Below, piece by piece: positions 9,697-20,419 of a stretch of DNA of 46,871 nucleotides (within the stretch, counting starts at the first letter, position 1; each line of letters begins with the position of its first letter). The translations under genes were made by a program, and so were the position numbers. A model generated the notes under the pieces. The model made no database searches. It saw only the letters and a list, made by a program, of their open reading frames with translations, and had not been told where the DNA came from. The DNA is taken from contig JAZKDQ010000017.1 of NCBI GenBank assembly GCA_040387495.1, positions 1 to 46,871 on the forward strand, read 5' to 3'. The DNA comes from Pseudomonadota bacterium. GTDB taxonomy: Bacteria; Pseudomonadota; Alphaproteobacteria; Paracaedibacterales; CAIOTO01.

Positions 9697-10788
9697 TTAA
9701 GCAGAGCGCTTAATTACAATAAACTTACAAATAAAGCGTTCAATAATCAATGCAATAATGGTAATGCCAATGATCCCCAGCATGGCATAAGCAATCGGGT
9801 GCGCATACGCAAGTTTAACCATCCATAATGCCCAGTCAGGCGTGGTAAGCAGTGCACTATTAAAAGCATTGGGTATATTTATTTTTTCACAAGCAATTGG
9901 GTTGTGCGCACCTAAATAGTGAAAATCATAACCAAATTTGGAACAAATGAGTAAAATTACGATAGCGCCTAAAATGCCAAGGTGAGTTCTTGCTAAGCGA
10001 TAGCTGAATTTTATGCCAAGTTGTGAACCTATGGCGCTACCAAATAAAAGAGTGAGAGCAAGCAGCCAATCGCTGGGGTATTGGCTGAATCCGTGAGCAA
10101 TTGTAACAGCAATAGAAATGGCAAATGCAGCCAGTAATGTCGTGCCAGCAACCACGGGGCTCGATCTTCCAATCAAATAATAAACAATCGGCATCATAAA
10201 TAAGCTATTTCCACCGCCGAGCGTTGAGGTTAGTAAACCGGTTGCGATACCAACACAAATGGGAATGATTATGCTCATTTCAACACGAGCACGTGTAAAA
10301 ATACGATGGTAGGGAAAATAAATCATCCAATGGCGCATCATAACGGATCGTGCTGCTTTTTGAGGATGCATTAATAAGCGTATGTTTTGATAGAGCATCA
10401 TACTACCAAGCGTGCCTAACACAAAAAGATAAGTAATCGTTAGTTTTTCAGCAGCTGTAATATTTGTGGCGACCATCTCAAGTAAAAAGATCTCACCACA
10501 AGCGCCGATAATACCGCCAATAAATAAATACCAAGCCAAAGCAAAATCAACATCACGCAGTCGCCAGTAGCTCATGAATCCAATAAGGTTAGTACCGATG
10601 GCATTATTAAGCTGTGAGGCGACGGCAATCATAGGTGGTATGCCAACCATCACTAATAATGGAGTTACGATAACACCGCTTCCAATACCCAGCATTCCAG
10701 CGACAGAACCACCTATTACCCCAATCGTAAGTATAACGAGGGGATTCATCACGTGGTCAGCAATAGGAAATAGAATATCAAATATCAT
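9697..10788 (-). CDS. TSUP (TauE/SafE) family membrane transporter
   Basis: GMLGIGSGVIVTPLL and second-half TLGGGNSLFMMP glycine motifs; multiple TM segments. Confidence 0.75.
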   Translation of the reverse strand: MIFDILFPIADHVMNPLVILTIGVIGGSVAGMLGIGSGVIVTPLLVMVGIPPMIAVASQLNNAIGTNLIGFMSYWRLRDVDFALAWYLFIGGIIGACGEIFLLEMVATNITAAEKLTITYLFVLGTLGSMMLYQNIRLLMHPQKAARSVMMRHWMIYFPYHRIFTRARVEMSIIIPICVGIATGLLTSTLGGGNSLFMMPIVYYLIGRSSPVVAGTTLLAAFAISIAVTIAHGFSQYPSDWLLALTLLFGSAIGSQLGIKFSYRLARTHLGILGAIVILLICSKFGYDFHYLGAHNPIACEKINIPNAFNSALLTTPDWALWMVKLAYAHPIAYAMLGIIGITIIALIIERFICKFIVIKRSA

Positions 10789-10988
10789 ACTCCCATGATG
10801 CCTTAATTTGAGAAAATTGTCACTTACTCAGTGTAGGGAAAATCATTGTTGTTAGTATGGGGTGCATAATTTTTCTTTCACCTATGATTTTTTTCTACTT
10901 GAGGTAATCTATGGAAAGTGATTAGATTGATCTGAATCCATTTCAGATGGATAAAATATTGATTTTATACAAAATAGGGAGAGCCTCC

Positions 10989-11660
10989 ATGAGCTTTATT
11001 GAAACACTTCATCAGAAATTAGATGCATATCATTTGTTATCACATGATTTTTACAAGGCGTGGAATGACGGCCAATTGAGCATGGATACACTTAAAATTT
11101 ATGCTAAAGAATATTATCATCACGTTGCTGCTTTTCCACGCTATATCAGCGGTATTCACACACAGTGTAGTGATTTGAAAACGCGTCAAATTTTGCTAGG
11201 AAATTTAATTGAAGAAGAACAAGGTGCTGAAAATCATCCGGAGCTTTGGAAGCAATTCGGTGAAGGTCTGGGAGTTACACGTGAAGAGCTCAATGAAAAA
11301 CCACAATTGCAAGCGACAAATGCTTTGGTTGATGGATACTTTGATCATGTACGATCAGATTTTGCGACAGGACTTGGTGCATTGTATGCATATGAGCGGC
11401 AAACACCAGAAGTAGCTACGTCTAAGATTGAAGGTTTGTGTAATCACTATGGGATTACAGACGAGCGCACGTTGAAATTTTTTGATGTGCATGCTGATGC
11501 TGATATCTGGCATCGTGAGGAATGCGCAAATCTTATCGAAAGCTTAAGTGAAGATGAGCAACAAAAAGTTTTAGAAGGTGCTGAGGCCGGTGCAAAGCTG
11601 CTTTGGGGATTCCTTGATGGCATGATGGAAGTTCATGGCAACCATGCCTGCGCTAGTTAA
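10989..11660 (+). CDS. CADD-family (PqqC-like heme-oxygenase fold) dimetal enzyme, putative pABA synthase
   Basis: HDFYKAWNDG, YAKEYYHHV, NLIEEEQGAENHPELW, YAYERQ, SKIEGL, VHADADIWH. GGGAGAG precedes ATG 10989; the ORF track starts at 10947. Confidence 0.85.
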   Translation: MSFIETLHQKLDAYHLLSHDFYKAWNDGQLSMDTLKIYAKEYYHHVAAFPRYISGIHTQCSDLKTRQILLGNLIEEEQGAENHPELWKQFGEGLGVTREELNEKPQLQATNALVDGYFDHVRSDFATGLGALYAYERQTPEVATSKIEGLCNHYGITDERTLKFFDVHADADIWHREECANLIESLSEDEQQKVLEGAEAGAKLLWGFLDGMMEVHGNHACAS

Positions 11661-12977
11661 GTAAATAATTCTTGAAATTCAGGCACGACACTTAAGTTTT
11701 CAAGTGTGCGTGCCGATGTTTCTTCTAATTGAATTAGCATATTTATTGTCTCGTCGTTAAAGTAAGCAAGCCCACTTTTTGCTTGTTTTGTAAAATAATT
11801 GATTACGTTTAGTGTGGCAGTTAACTGAGTTTTAAGCTTTTTATCTTTATCTAATAACGTAAAATCGTTGTTCCCAAAGTTTCTTTTTGCATCATTAATT
11901 AGTCTTTGAATGGTCTTTGTTTCACCGCTCTGTCCCGGATTGTTTTTTGCATATTCGTATCCACCATAATAATCTGACCCATAGTAGATTAAAAAGAATG
12001 GGTTTATTGAAAAATTGCTTAGGCCTTCCATGTAGCCATAAAGGAATCCTATTTTCTGATCCTTGGCAGAACGTTTGTAGTGTCCGTAATCAGTTGCATA
12101 GCAGTGATAATAATTATTTGATGGATTACCTGCTTTCTCATTGGGTTCTTCAGCATCAGTAGTATTTACCAACTGTAAATGCACAATTTCTTTGTCGTTT
12201 GTTCCTGTTAACAACTCTCTTTGCTCTGTTGCAAGACCCGCAACCGCTTGGATAATATAGAGTCTCTCTTCAAGGGTCATGCTTGCCGTTATAAGTTTAC
12301 TGGCTTGATATGCGGTGTTTAGATTAAATTCACGTGCTTTATGGAGCATGAGTGTTAATGTTTTCATGTTTTGTTCGGGTAATTCGCTGATTATTGTTAG
12401 GAATGACTGCGCATAAGTGACTGCAGGATTTTGTGTATAGCTTGTGATGTTCAGGCGTTTAAAGAGTTTTTCTTCATATTCTTCATGCGTCAAATGATTT
12501 TCTATGTGTTGATTTGTTTTTAAGTTAATACCTTTTTCATACATGCTTTTAAGATTGAGTAAGCGTGTCAGTACCATATCTTTTTTAGGAAGACCTAGTC
12601 GAAATCTTACTGTGTCATCAGGAAGGGTTGCATAAGCTTTTGCATAAATAAGTTTATTCAAAGGATGCATGCTTTCAGGAATTAATCCTAAATTACCTAA
12701 TTTTTTTTAAAGCATCTACTTCCTCTGTGCTCATTGCTTTAAGGCATTCAGCAATTGCATCTTTTGTTTGTTCATCCATTTCACGTGAATACAAGCATTG
12801 ATTATGTTGACTGCTTTTTATCTTCTCATATTTTGAAGCGAATTCACGAAAGGTTCGCGTGATGGAAGTAGTACATATCTGAGCTGAGGGGGCATTTTGA
12901 TTTAAAGGGCTATTGAAAACAAGTTCTGCGCTTGTGCAATGAGCAATTGTAAGTATAAAAATAATTACATTGATCAT
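11657..12977 (-). pseudogene. Secreted hypothetical protein split into two ORFs (12693..12977 and 11657..12670) at an A8 tract
   Basis: Deleting one A from the A8 run (T8 at 12701-12708 on +) gives one 439-aa ORF with the signal peptide at its N-terminus. Confidence 0.65.
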
Positions 12978-13013
12978 TGTGTTTCCTAAAAATAAACAGT
13001 CTTATTTCAACAT

Positions 13014-13487
13014 TTAATACTCGATGCGATCTGTTTTGTTTGACCACGCTTTAAATGCCAGTAACCCTTCATCGCGCAGTAATGTAATCATAGGGACCTG
13101 TCGATGTTCTATTTCCTTTGCAAGTTCGTCATAAAAGAATGAATCATCAAAGCCAATATCGGCAGCATCAAAACGTGTGTTCGCATAGTAAATTTTATCA
13201 ACCCGTGACCAATAGCTAGCCGCTAGACACATAGGGCAGGGCTCGCAGCTTGTGACAAGAATGCACCCCTCTAGATTAAATGTATTCAGTGTTTTGCATG
13301 CATTGCGAATAGCCACAACTTCGGCGTGTGCCGTTGGGTCATTACACGACGTGACTTGATTCCAACCTTCTGAAATAACTTCGCCATTTTTTATAACAAC
13401 GGCGCCAAAGGGGCCGCCGTGACCGCCTTGCATTTTCTCATGAGATAGTTCAATGGCTCGACGCATAGCCTTTGTGATGAATTGCAT
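13014..13487 (-). CDS. guaD: Guanine deaminase, cytidine-deaminase fold (B. subtilis GuaD type)
   Basis: GGPFGAVV, DPTAHAEVVAIR, SCEPCPMC, AADIGFDDSFFY. Confidence 0.82.
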   Translation of the reverse strand: MQFITKAMRRAIELSHEKMQGGHGGPFGAVVIKNGEVISEGWNQVTSCNDPTAHAEVVAIRNACKTLNTFNLEGCILVTSCEPCPMCLAASYWSRVDKIYYANTRFDAADIGFDDSFFYDELAKEIEHRQVPMITLLRDEGLLAFKAWSNKTDRIEY

Positions 13488-14503
13488 TATCTGGTTCCTG
13501 TTTGAGGTTGGTAGTAAGGGCCGGAGTAGGGGGATGGCTGATTAGCCTGCTGCATATTATTGTATGGTTGTTGCATATAGTGTTGTTGCGTAGTTGCTAC
13601 TTGCTGCTGCGGTGCGGGTGCTTGCACAGGTGCTGCTTGTTGCGGATAAGGACTCTGTTGTTGAGCATATCCTTGCGATGGCACGTGTTGTTGTATGGTT
13701 TGTGCTTGTTGGAGAGGGATGTAGTGTCCTCCACTGTGTGGCATTGGCTGTGGAGCAGGAGAAAGTGCTTGTGCCGGTAGTTGTGCGTAGGCTGATGGCA
13801 TATGCGCTGTGTCGGTCATGGGAACATCGGCCATCTGTCCCCCTTGAGTCCCCATTTTCATAATGTTGGGGTTTGGTGCAGCTGGCGGCATAATTGCTAC
13901 TGGTGCCATTGTTGGTACGCCTGGCATAGTAACAGTAGGTGCCGTTAGGTGAGGCGCTTCAATCGTAGGTAAATTAAAGTTAGTGATTGGTGGTAATTTA
14001 GGCGCGCCAATATCATAAATATTAACAGCCACTAAAAAACCTGTGATAAATAAAAGTGAACTTAAAAAAAACAGTCCGATAATTAATACAAGGAATGAGA
14101 GCTTGCTCATAGAAAAATAAAGCTCCTTTTCTATCCAATTGGTATAAATTTTTTGTACAAAATAACTTACTAACGTGGAATGGGGTCGATTGTAAATGTA
14201 AGATTCATTTTGACGATTGGTAAATGTACGTGGTTGTTGAGTATGTTGTCTTTGTCGCTGTCTATTTGCGGGACGATTATCACGAGAGGGTGCATAGTTT
14301 CGAATTGGTTCATCGTTTTGTTTTTGTGGAAAAACTTTGTTAGGCACAGGAGGGCTGAAATGCTCAGGCATTGATAAACGAAATGGTCGCACATCATCGT
14401 CATCCCAAAATGTATCAATTGGTTTCTTATGGCGTAAGAATGATGGCTGTTCAAAGGCATTCAAGCGTGGTTTTGTTTGATACACGTTTTTTTTAAAATT
14501 CAA
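13487..14503 (-). CDS. Hypothetical single-pass membrane protein with Pro/Gln-rich C-terminal half
   Basis: Central TM FLVLIIGLFFLSSLLFITGFLVA and P/Q-rich low-complexity tail. TTG start; stop overlaps the guaD ATG (TAATG). Confidence 0.7.
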   Translation of the reverse strand: MNFKKNVYQTKPRLNAFEQPSFLRHKKPIDTFWDDDDVRPFRLSMPEHFSPPVPNKVFPQKQNDEPIRNYAPSRDNRPANRQRQRQHTQQPRTFTNRQNESYIYNRPHSTLVSYFVQKIYTNWIEKELYFSMSKLSFLVLIIGLFFLSSLLFITGFLVAVNIYDIGAPKLPPITNFNLPTIEAPHLTAPTVTMPGVPTMAPVAIMPPAAPNPNIMKMGTQGGQMADVPMTDTAHMPSAYAQLPAQALSPAPQPMPHSGGHYIPLQQAQTIQQHVPSQGYAQQQSPYPQQAAPVQAPAPQQQVATTQQHYMQQPYNNMQQANQPSPYSGPYYQPQTGTR

Positions 14504-14735
14504 GAACTCCTAAGCTAATAATAGCCGAATCTTTGTTGTATTTACAAACAATTTTAATTGTTTTGTTTGAAAGGATGAAATTCTGTGTTGTATTTTGATA
14601 GGATGTGTATGTTATATCTTTTCAAGATAGATAAATTAGTTGGAAATACGCATTAAGTATTGTGATAAAAATGCTTCTCTCATCAGAGTAAACGTGCTAT
14701 GAAGACCCATAGTAATAATCACAATAAAATGTTTT

Positions 14736-16286
14736 ATGGCACTCTATCGTTCGTTCTTTGCAGTTGGTTTCTTAACAATATTAAGTAGAGTTGTTGGCTT
14801 TTTACGTGAAATTCTAACAGCAACATTGCTTGGTGCTGGTGCAACCTCTGATGCACTTAAGATTGCTATGAAGTTGCCATCATTATTTCGTCGTATTTTT
14901 GCAGAAGGTGCTTTTAATGCTTCTTTTGTACCGATGTTTGCAGGGCTTCTCAGCAAATCAGAGGATCATGAGGAGGCACTTACCTTTGCTGAGCAAATTT
15001 TAAGTTGGCTTACATTATCTTTGTGTATTCTTATCGTGCTTGTTGAATTGTTCTTGCCATCAATTTTTAAGATTTTAGCACCAGGATTTGATGCAGAACG
15101 TTTGGATTTAACCATTCAGTTTACACGCATCACGTTCCCATTTATTTTGTTTATCTCACTGACGGCGTTTTATAGTGGAATTTTGAATTCACTTGATCGA
15201 TTTTTTCTAGTTGCATCATCTCCAGTTATTGGAAATATCTTTATACTTATATTTGTTTGTTTTTGTACTAAATTGCTGAAACAAGATCCTGGGATTGATT
15301 TTTCGATGGCGGTTTTTGGATGTGGAATTGTTCAACTGTTATGGGTTTTGTTGCCGTGTATTTGTTCTGGTTATGGCATAAGGCTTCGAAAGCCGACATT
15401 GTCACCACGCGTTAAACTTTTCTTTAGAAAGGTTGGTCCTGGTGCGTTGGGTGCTGGCGTTGTGCAAATAAACATATTGATCGATATGATTATTGGATCG
15501 CGCTTGCCAGCAGGGTATATATCATATTTAGATTATGCTGAACGTTTGAATCAATTACCTTTAAGCGTCATTGGCACAGCAATTAGTACTGTTTTATTAC
15601 CGTTGATGTCACGACATGTGGCTTCTGGAAAGACGGATAAATCGCTTTCGACACAGCGCGATTCAATTGAATTTGCCATGCTTTTAACACTGCCATCTAT
15701 GTGCGGCCTTATTGTTTGGTCCGTCCCAATTGTGGGGATGATTTTTCAACATGGTAAGTTTACCTTAGCTGATACACATGCAACGGCGGCTGCACTTACT
15801 GCATTTGCGGCAGGATTACCTGCGTATATTTTGATTAAGATTTTCTCCACGACATTTTTTTCGAATCAGGACACAAAAACGCCTGTTATTGTTGCTGTCT
15901 GTTCTGTTTTGCTAAATTTGGCGTTAAATTTAGCACTTGTCGATATTTATTTGCATGTTGGCCTTGCCATGGCAACTGCTGTAGCTGCGTGGGTTAATGC
16001 TTTGGTGCTAGCATATCTGCTTAGAAAACGTGGGCTTTTTGTTTTGTCATCTGAGCTTATCCATTTTTGTGGGCGATTGTTACTATCGATTGTAATTGCT
16101 CTGCCATTTTTGTATGGTATTAAATTCTGGTTAGATCCAGTTGTGTCGTACAGCGGTTGGTGGAAAGCTATTTTTATTATGATTGCTGCTGTTGTTGGCA
16201 TTGGTGTATTTGGACTAAGTGCATGGTTTACTGGTGCGCTTAACTTAAAGCGATTTAAAAATAATATGGGTGTAAATAAAAATTAA
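14736..16286 (+). CDS. murJ: Lipid II flippase MurJ
   Basis: LSRVVGFLRE, LPSLFRRIFAEGAF, YAERLNQLPLSVIG, DTKTPV; multi-TM. Confidence 0.95.
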   Translation: MALYRSFFAVGFLTILSRVVGFLREILTATLLGAGATSDALKIAMKLPSLFRRIFAEGAFNASFVPMFAGLLSKSEDHEEALTFAEQILSWLTLSLCILIVLVELFLPSIFKILAPGFDAERLDLTIQFTRITFPFILFISLTAFYSGILNSLDRFFLVASSPVIGNIFILIFVCFCTKLLKQDPGIDFSMAVFGCGIVQLLWVLLPCICSGYGIRLRKPTLSPRVKLFFRKVGPGALGAGVVQINILIDMIIGSRLPAGYISYLDYAERLNQLPLSVIGTAISTVLLPLMSRHVASGKTDKSLSTQRDSIEFAMLLTLPSMCGLIVWSVPIVGMIFQHGKFTLADTHATAAALTAFAAGLPAYILIKIFSTTFFSNQDTKTPVIVAVCSVLLNLALNLALVDIYLHVGLAMATAVAAWVNALVLAYLLRKRGLFVLSSELIHFCGRLLLSIVIALPFLYGIKFWLDPVVSYSGWWKAIFIMIAAVVGIGVFGLSAWFTGALNLKRFKNNMGVNKN

Positions 16287-16354
16287 TATTGTATTGATAT
16301 TTTTCTTAAAAATACCTATTTATAAATAAGAATATAAATAATAAGGATTCTCTG

Positions 16355-17425
16355 ATGAGTAAGACAAATTTAATTGGCCTTAGCCGAGATGAATTAAAGG
16401 AACTATTGGCGCAGCATGATGTGCCTGCGTATCGTGTTCAACAGCTTTGGAATTGGCTTTATCATCATGGCGTAACTACTTTTGATCGCATGGTGAATGT
16501 ACCAAAACCTGTGCGTCAGATTTTAGAAGATTCATTTGTGATTGAGCGCCCTAAAATCGCCACAGCACAAGCATCAACTGATGGAACACAAAAATGGTTG
16601 CTGCAGTTTGCTGATGGTCAAGAAGCAGAAACCGTTCATATCCCTGAAGTTGATCGTGGGACACTTTGTGTTTCATCACAAATTGGTTGCACATTGACAT
16701 GTAAATTCTGTCATACAGGAACGCAGACACTTGTACGTAACTTGGATGCAAGCGAGATCGTTGGGCAAATGATGGTTGCGCGTGATGTGTTTGGTGAATG
16801 GCCGTCACCGGTTGGGCAGCGCCATGTCTCTAATATCGTGATGATGGGCATGGGCGAACCATTATATAATTTTGAGAACGTTGCAAAAGCGTTGACGATT
16901 ATTATGGATCACCAAGGAATTTCATTGTCAAAGCGTCGTATTACATTGTCAACATCCGGTGTTGTCCCCCTGATGCAACGTTGTGGTGAAGAATTAGGCG
17001 TAAATTTGGCTGTGTCACTCCATGCTGCACGTAATGATGTACGTGACATACTGGTGCCTATAAATAAAAAATATCCTATTGAGCAACTTATTGATGCATG
17101 CCGTAATTATCCTGGGGTGAATAACGCACGCCGTATCACATTTGAATATGTAATGTTAAAAGATGTGAATGATTCAGACGCTGATGCGCGTGATTTGCTA
17201 CGTTTGATTAAAGGAATCCCAGCCAAGATTAACTTGATTCCATTTAATCCATGGCCAGGGTCGTCCTTTGAATGCTCAACACCTGCACGTATATCATCGT
17301 TTGCAGATATCGTATATCGGGCAGGGTACGCATCACCAGTGCGCACGCCACGAGGGCGTGATATTTTAGCAGCATGCGGACAGCTTAAGTCTGAAAGCCA
17401 GCGCAAACGTAAGTGTGCGGTGTAA
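16355..17425 (+). CDS. rlmN: 23S rRNA m2A2503 radical-SAM methyltransferase
   Basis: [36 protein letters not shown]. Confidence 0.96.
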   Translation: MSKTNLIGLSRDELKELLAQHDVPAYRVQQLWNWLYHHGVTTFDRMVNVPKPVRQILEDSFVIERPKIATAQASTDGTQKWLLQFADGQEAETVHIPEVDRGTLCVSSQIGCTLTCKFCHTGTQTLVRNLDASEIVGQMMVARDVFGEWPSPVGQRHVSNIVMMGMGEPLYNFENVAKALTIIMDHQGISLSKRRITLSTSGVVPLMQRCGEELGVNLAVSLHAARNDVRDILVPINKKYPIEQLIDACRNYPGVNNARRITFEYVMLKDVNDSDADARDLLRLIKGIPAKINLIPFNPWPGSSFECSTPARISSFADIVYRAGYASPVRTPRGRDILAACGQLKSESQRKRKCAV

Positions 17426-17564
17426 AACGATTGAGCTAATACTATCGAACAATATTTCAGTATGACTAATAAACAAGAGTTTTAGTCAATTGCATTCAGA
17501 TTTTATCCGGCTACAACTTAAACGATAACCCAGTATAAAAGAAAAAGAGTATGGAGGTGTGATA

Positions 17565-19121
17565 TCACCCCTCCAATGATTTCGTATAATCTTGCAAATC
17601 TCCATCGAATTGCATTAAAGTCTTGTCTTTTATAACCCACAAACGATCAGCCACATGACGTAGTAAATGTCTATCATGTGTAATCAAAATAACAGCACCA
17701 GTATAGGTATTTAGTGCATCAATCAATGACTCACGCATTTCCATATCCAAATGGTTTGTTGGCTCGTCAAGGATCAATAAGTTTGGACGTTCAGCTGTCA
17801 GGCACGAAAACAATAGACGCGCACGTTCACCACCAGAAAGCAACTTTACTTTTTGCTCAGCTTTTTCTTTCACAAAACCAAAACGGCCTAAATGCCCTCG
17901 GATTTGCGTCGGTGTTGCCTTTGGCATAGCATCAGCTACTACGTTGTAGGCTGTGCGATCTATGTCCATGTGATCAAATTGATCTTGTCTATAAAAGGCG
18001 ATTTTAAGTTTGCCATGGCGTTTTACTTCTCCACCAAATGGTGCTAGCTCATCTGCTAAGAATTTTGCAAGAGTTGATTTGCCATTACCGTTGGATCCAA
18101 CTAGGCCAATACGCTCATCAGGACTTAATGTAGCATTTAAATTCTTTAGAACAATGGTGTCACCATAACCTAAGGAAACTTTTTCAAAAGCAAGCATAGG
18201 CGGTGAAATGGATTCTGGTTCTGGGAAGTTAAAGGAAACTGTTGGGTCAGCCTTATCTACAGGAATAAATTTTAGCTTTTCAAGCGCTTTCATGCGGCTT
18301 TGTGCTTGGCGTGCTTTTGAAGCTGTTGCTTTAAAACGATCGACGAATGATTGCATATGTGCGCGGTGCTCTTCTATACGAGCGTTGCATGCTGCCATGT
18401 TTGCCTGTTGTTGCTCATAGACAGTTAAGAATGTGTCAAAGTTGCCTGTGTAGCGTGATACCTTGCCACCTTTCAGGTGGAGCACCGTGTTGATGGTCGC
18501 ATTTAAAAATTCACGGTCATGTGATATCAATAAAAAACTTTTGGAGTATTTTGATAAAAATGTTTGAAGCCATTGTGTTGTTTCAAAGTCAAGGTGATTC
18601 GTAGGCTCATCGAGCAGTAGCAAGTCGGGCTCTTGAAATAATGCTGCTGCTAATGCGATACGCATACGAAAACCGCCGGAAAAGGTTTGCAATGGGCGCA
18701 ACTGATCTTCATCGCTAAAGCCTAGACCTTTGAGCACGATCGCTGCACGCGATTCTGCTGTATAAGCATCAATTTGAATCAAGCGTTCATACAAATCGCC
18801 CATGCGATTTGCATCATGACAGTCTTCCAATTCTTTTAATAAAGAAAGTCGCTCTTGGTCTTGTTCCAACAAATAGGAAAGAGGGGATAGATCACCACTT
18901 GGCATTTCTTGTTTGATTGACAAAACTTTATAATGTTTTGCAACTTCAATTTCGCCAGCATCAGCCGTCACTGATCCTTGAATAAGGTTAAATAAAGTTG
19001 ATTTTCCTGATCCATTTCGACCGACTAGGCCAACACGGTGTGTGGGAGCAATTTGAAAGCTAACATTCTCGAGCAGCGATCTGCCGCCGATGAAATAGTT
19101 TATTCGATTAAGTGATAACAT
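17565..19121 (-). CDS. ABC-F family ATPase (YheS-like)
   Basis: Two ABC cassettes (GRNGSGKST, GSNGNGKST, each with DEPTNHLD), KARQAQSR linker, no TM. Confidence 0.88.
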   Translation of the reverse strand: MLSLNRINYFIGGRSLLENVSFQIAPTHRVGLVGRNGSGKSTLFNLIQGSVTADAGEIEVAKHYKVLSIKQEMPSGDLSPLSYLLEQDQERLSLLKELEDCHDANRMGDLYERLIQIDAYTAESRAAIVLKGLGFSDEDQLRPLQTFSGGFRMRIALAAALFQEPDLLLLDEPTNHLDFETTQWLQTFLSKYSKSFLLISHDREFLNATINTVLHLKGGKVSRYTGNFDTFLTVYEQQQANMAACNARIEEHRAHMQSFVDRFKATASKARQAQSRMKALEKLKFIPVDKADPTVSFNFPEPESISPPMLAFEKVSLGYGDTIVLKNLNATLSPDERIGLVGSNGNGKSTLAKFLADELAPFGGEVKRHGKLKIAFYRQDQFDHMDIDRTAYNVVADAMPKATPTQIRGHLGRFGFVKEKAEQKVKLLSGGERARLLFSCLTAERPNLLILDEPTNHLDMEMRESLIDALNTYTGAVILITHDRHLLRHVADRLWVIKDKTLMQFDGDLQDYTKSLEG

Positions 19122-19182
19122 TTTTCACATCCGAAATTTCTTACGGAATTCCATTTTTATGAGGTTAAATCAGATGCGCTTT

Positions 19183-20163
19183 TTAGAGAATTGGTACGCT
19201 TTTAGGTGTGTCTGATGCCAGTGACTGTACCATATCTGGTGTTTGAGGTACAACAATCTTCTTGCTTTCAGCAAAACCATTTGGTGTCCCTAAATATTTT
19301 GCCCCTTTGATCCGGGTATTCCCTTGAACAAAATCGACATTTTCGGCATTTCCAACAGAAATAAGGTTGCCTTGATACGGTTTTAAAGAAAATACATCTC
19401 CTTTTTTAAGAAAAGATACTTTTAAACGCACACCTTGATCATTGGTTATTTTTAGCCATGTTTCTTCAATAGCTTCAATATTAAAGTCATTTGATTCTTG
19501 AATAACTTTTACTTCAGAAGAGATTGGCGATTCAATAGAAGTAGATTCATTTTTAATTATTGTTTGATCTTTATTAGGTTCAGCAATGCTTGGTGGTTCA
19601 ACAATTAACGTATTGATTGTTTTTTCTGTTTGCACATTAGCTTGATCCATTTTAGTAGGTTGCACGTTTTTATGTTTTATTTCTTGTTGTTTTATATCTT
19701 CTAAATTAATCATTTCAGATATATTAATACTTTTATTTTGAGTTAGGTGCCATAGAGCTGATGCCATACATATAATAAGAATTGATATTACTACAACACG
19801 AGGTGTTATTATTTTTTCTGATTTTTGTGCTACGTATAACTTAAAAGGTGCTTCTGTTTCTTTCTTTGAGCATTGAGCAATATATTGTGAAATGAGTGGC
19901 TCTGCAGAGATATTCAAATAATCGCAGTAATTTCGAATAAAGCCTGTTGTAAAAACAGTACCCGGCAATTCATTAAAGTTATCTTCTTCTAAGAGTATTA
20001 AAAAATAAGTTCTTATTTTTGTTGACTTTGTGACTTCTTCAAGGGAATGCCCTTGTTCGATTCGAATACGATTCAATGTCTTTCCTACAGAATCATATGA
20101 AATATCATGCGTAAATTCAGTTGGTTGTAAATCAAATTTTGTAGCAAGAGCATTAGAGTGCAT
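19183..20163 (-). CDS. rodZ: RodZ-like protein (HTH, TM, periplasmic domain)
   Basis: VGKTLNRIR...LEEDNFNELPGTVFTTGFIRNYCDYL HTH, TM segment, EETWLKI...VGNA periplasmic motif. Likely start ATG 20163; the track starts at TTG 20268. Confidence 0.72.
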   Translation of the reverse strand: MHSNALATKFDLQPTEFTHDISYDSVGKTLNRIRIEQGHSLEEVTKSTKIRTYFLILLEEDNFNELPGTVFTTGFIRNYCDYLNISAEPLISQYIAQCSKKETEAPFKLYVAQKSEKIITPRVVVISILIICMASALWHLTQNKSINISEMINLEDIKQQEIKHKNVQPTKMDQANVQTEKTINTLIVEPPSIAEPNKDQTIIKNESTSIESPISSEVKVIQESNDFNIEAIEETWLKITNDQGVRLKVSFLKKGDVFSLKPYQGNLISVGNAENVDFVQGNTRIKGAKYLGTPNGFAESKKIVVPQTPDMVQSLASDTPKSVPIL

Positions 20164-20419
20164 AAGTTCTCTTTTTGTTGTTTTTAGAGTCACATATGGT
20201 ACTATGCGAAAAAAATTGATGAGATGCAAGAGGAAGATATGATAATAGAAATTAAGTTTATTTTTCAACTTAAAGAATTTGAATAATACTAATTATATTT
20301 TTATTTGCATGCTTTCTTTTTTTATCTAATTGATTTTTAGGATTATTTTTAATTTATATAAAATATAAATTACTTAAATATTTTCATAAATTGATCTTGA
20401 ATCAGAAAAGGCATGTATT

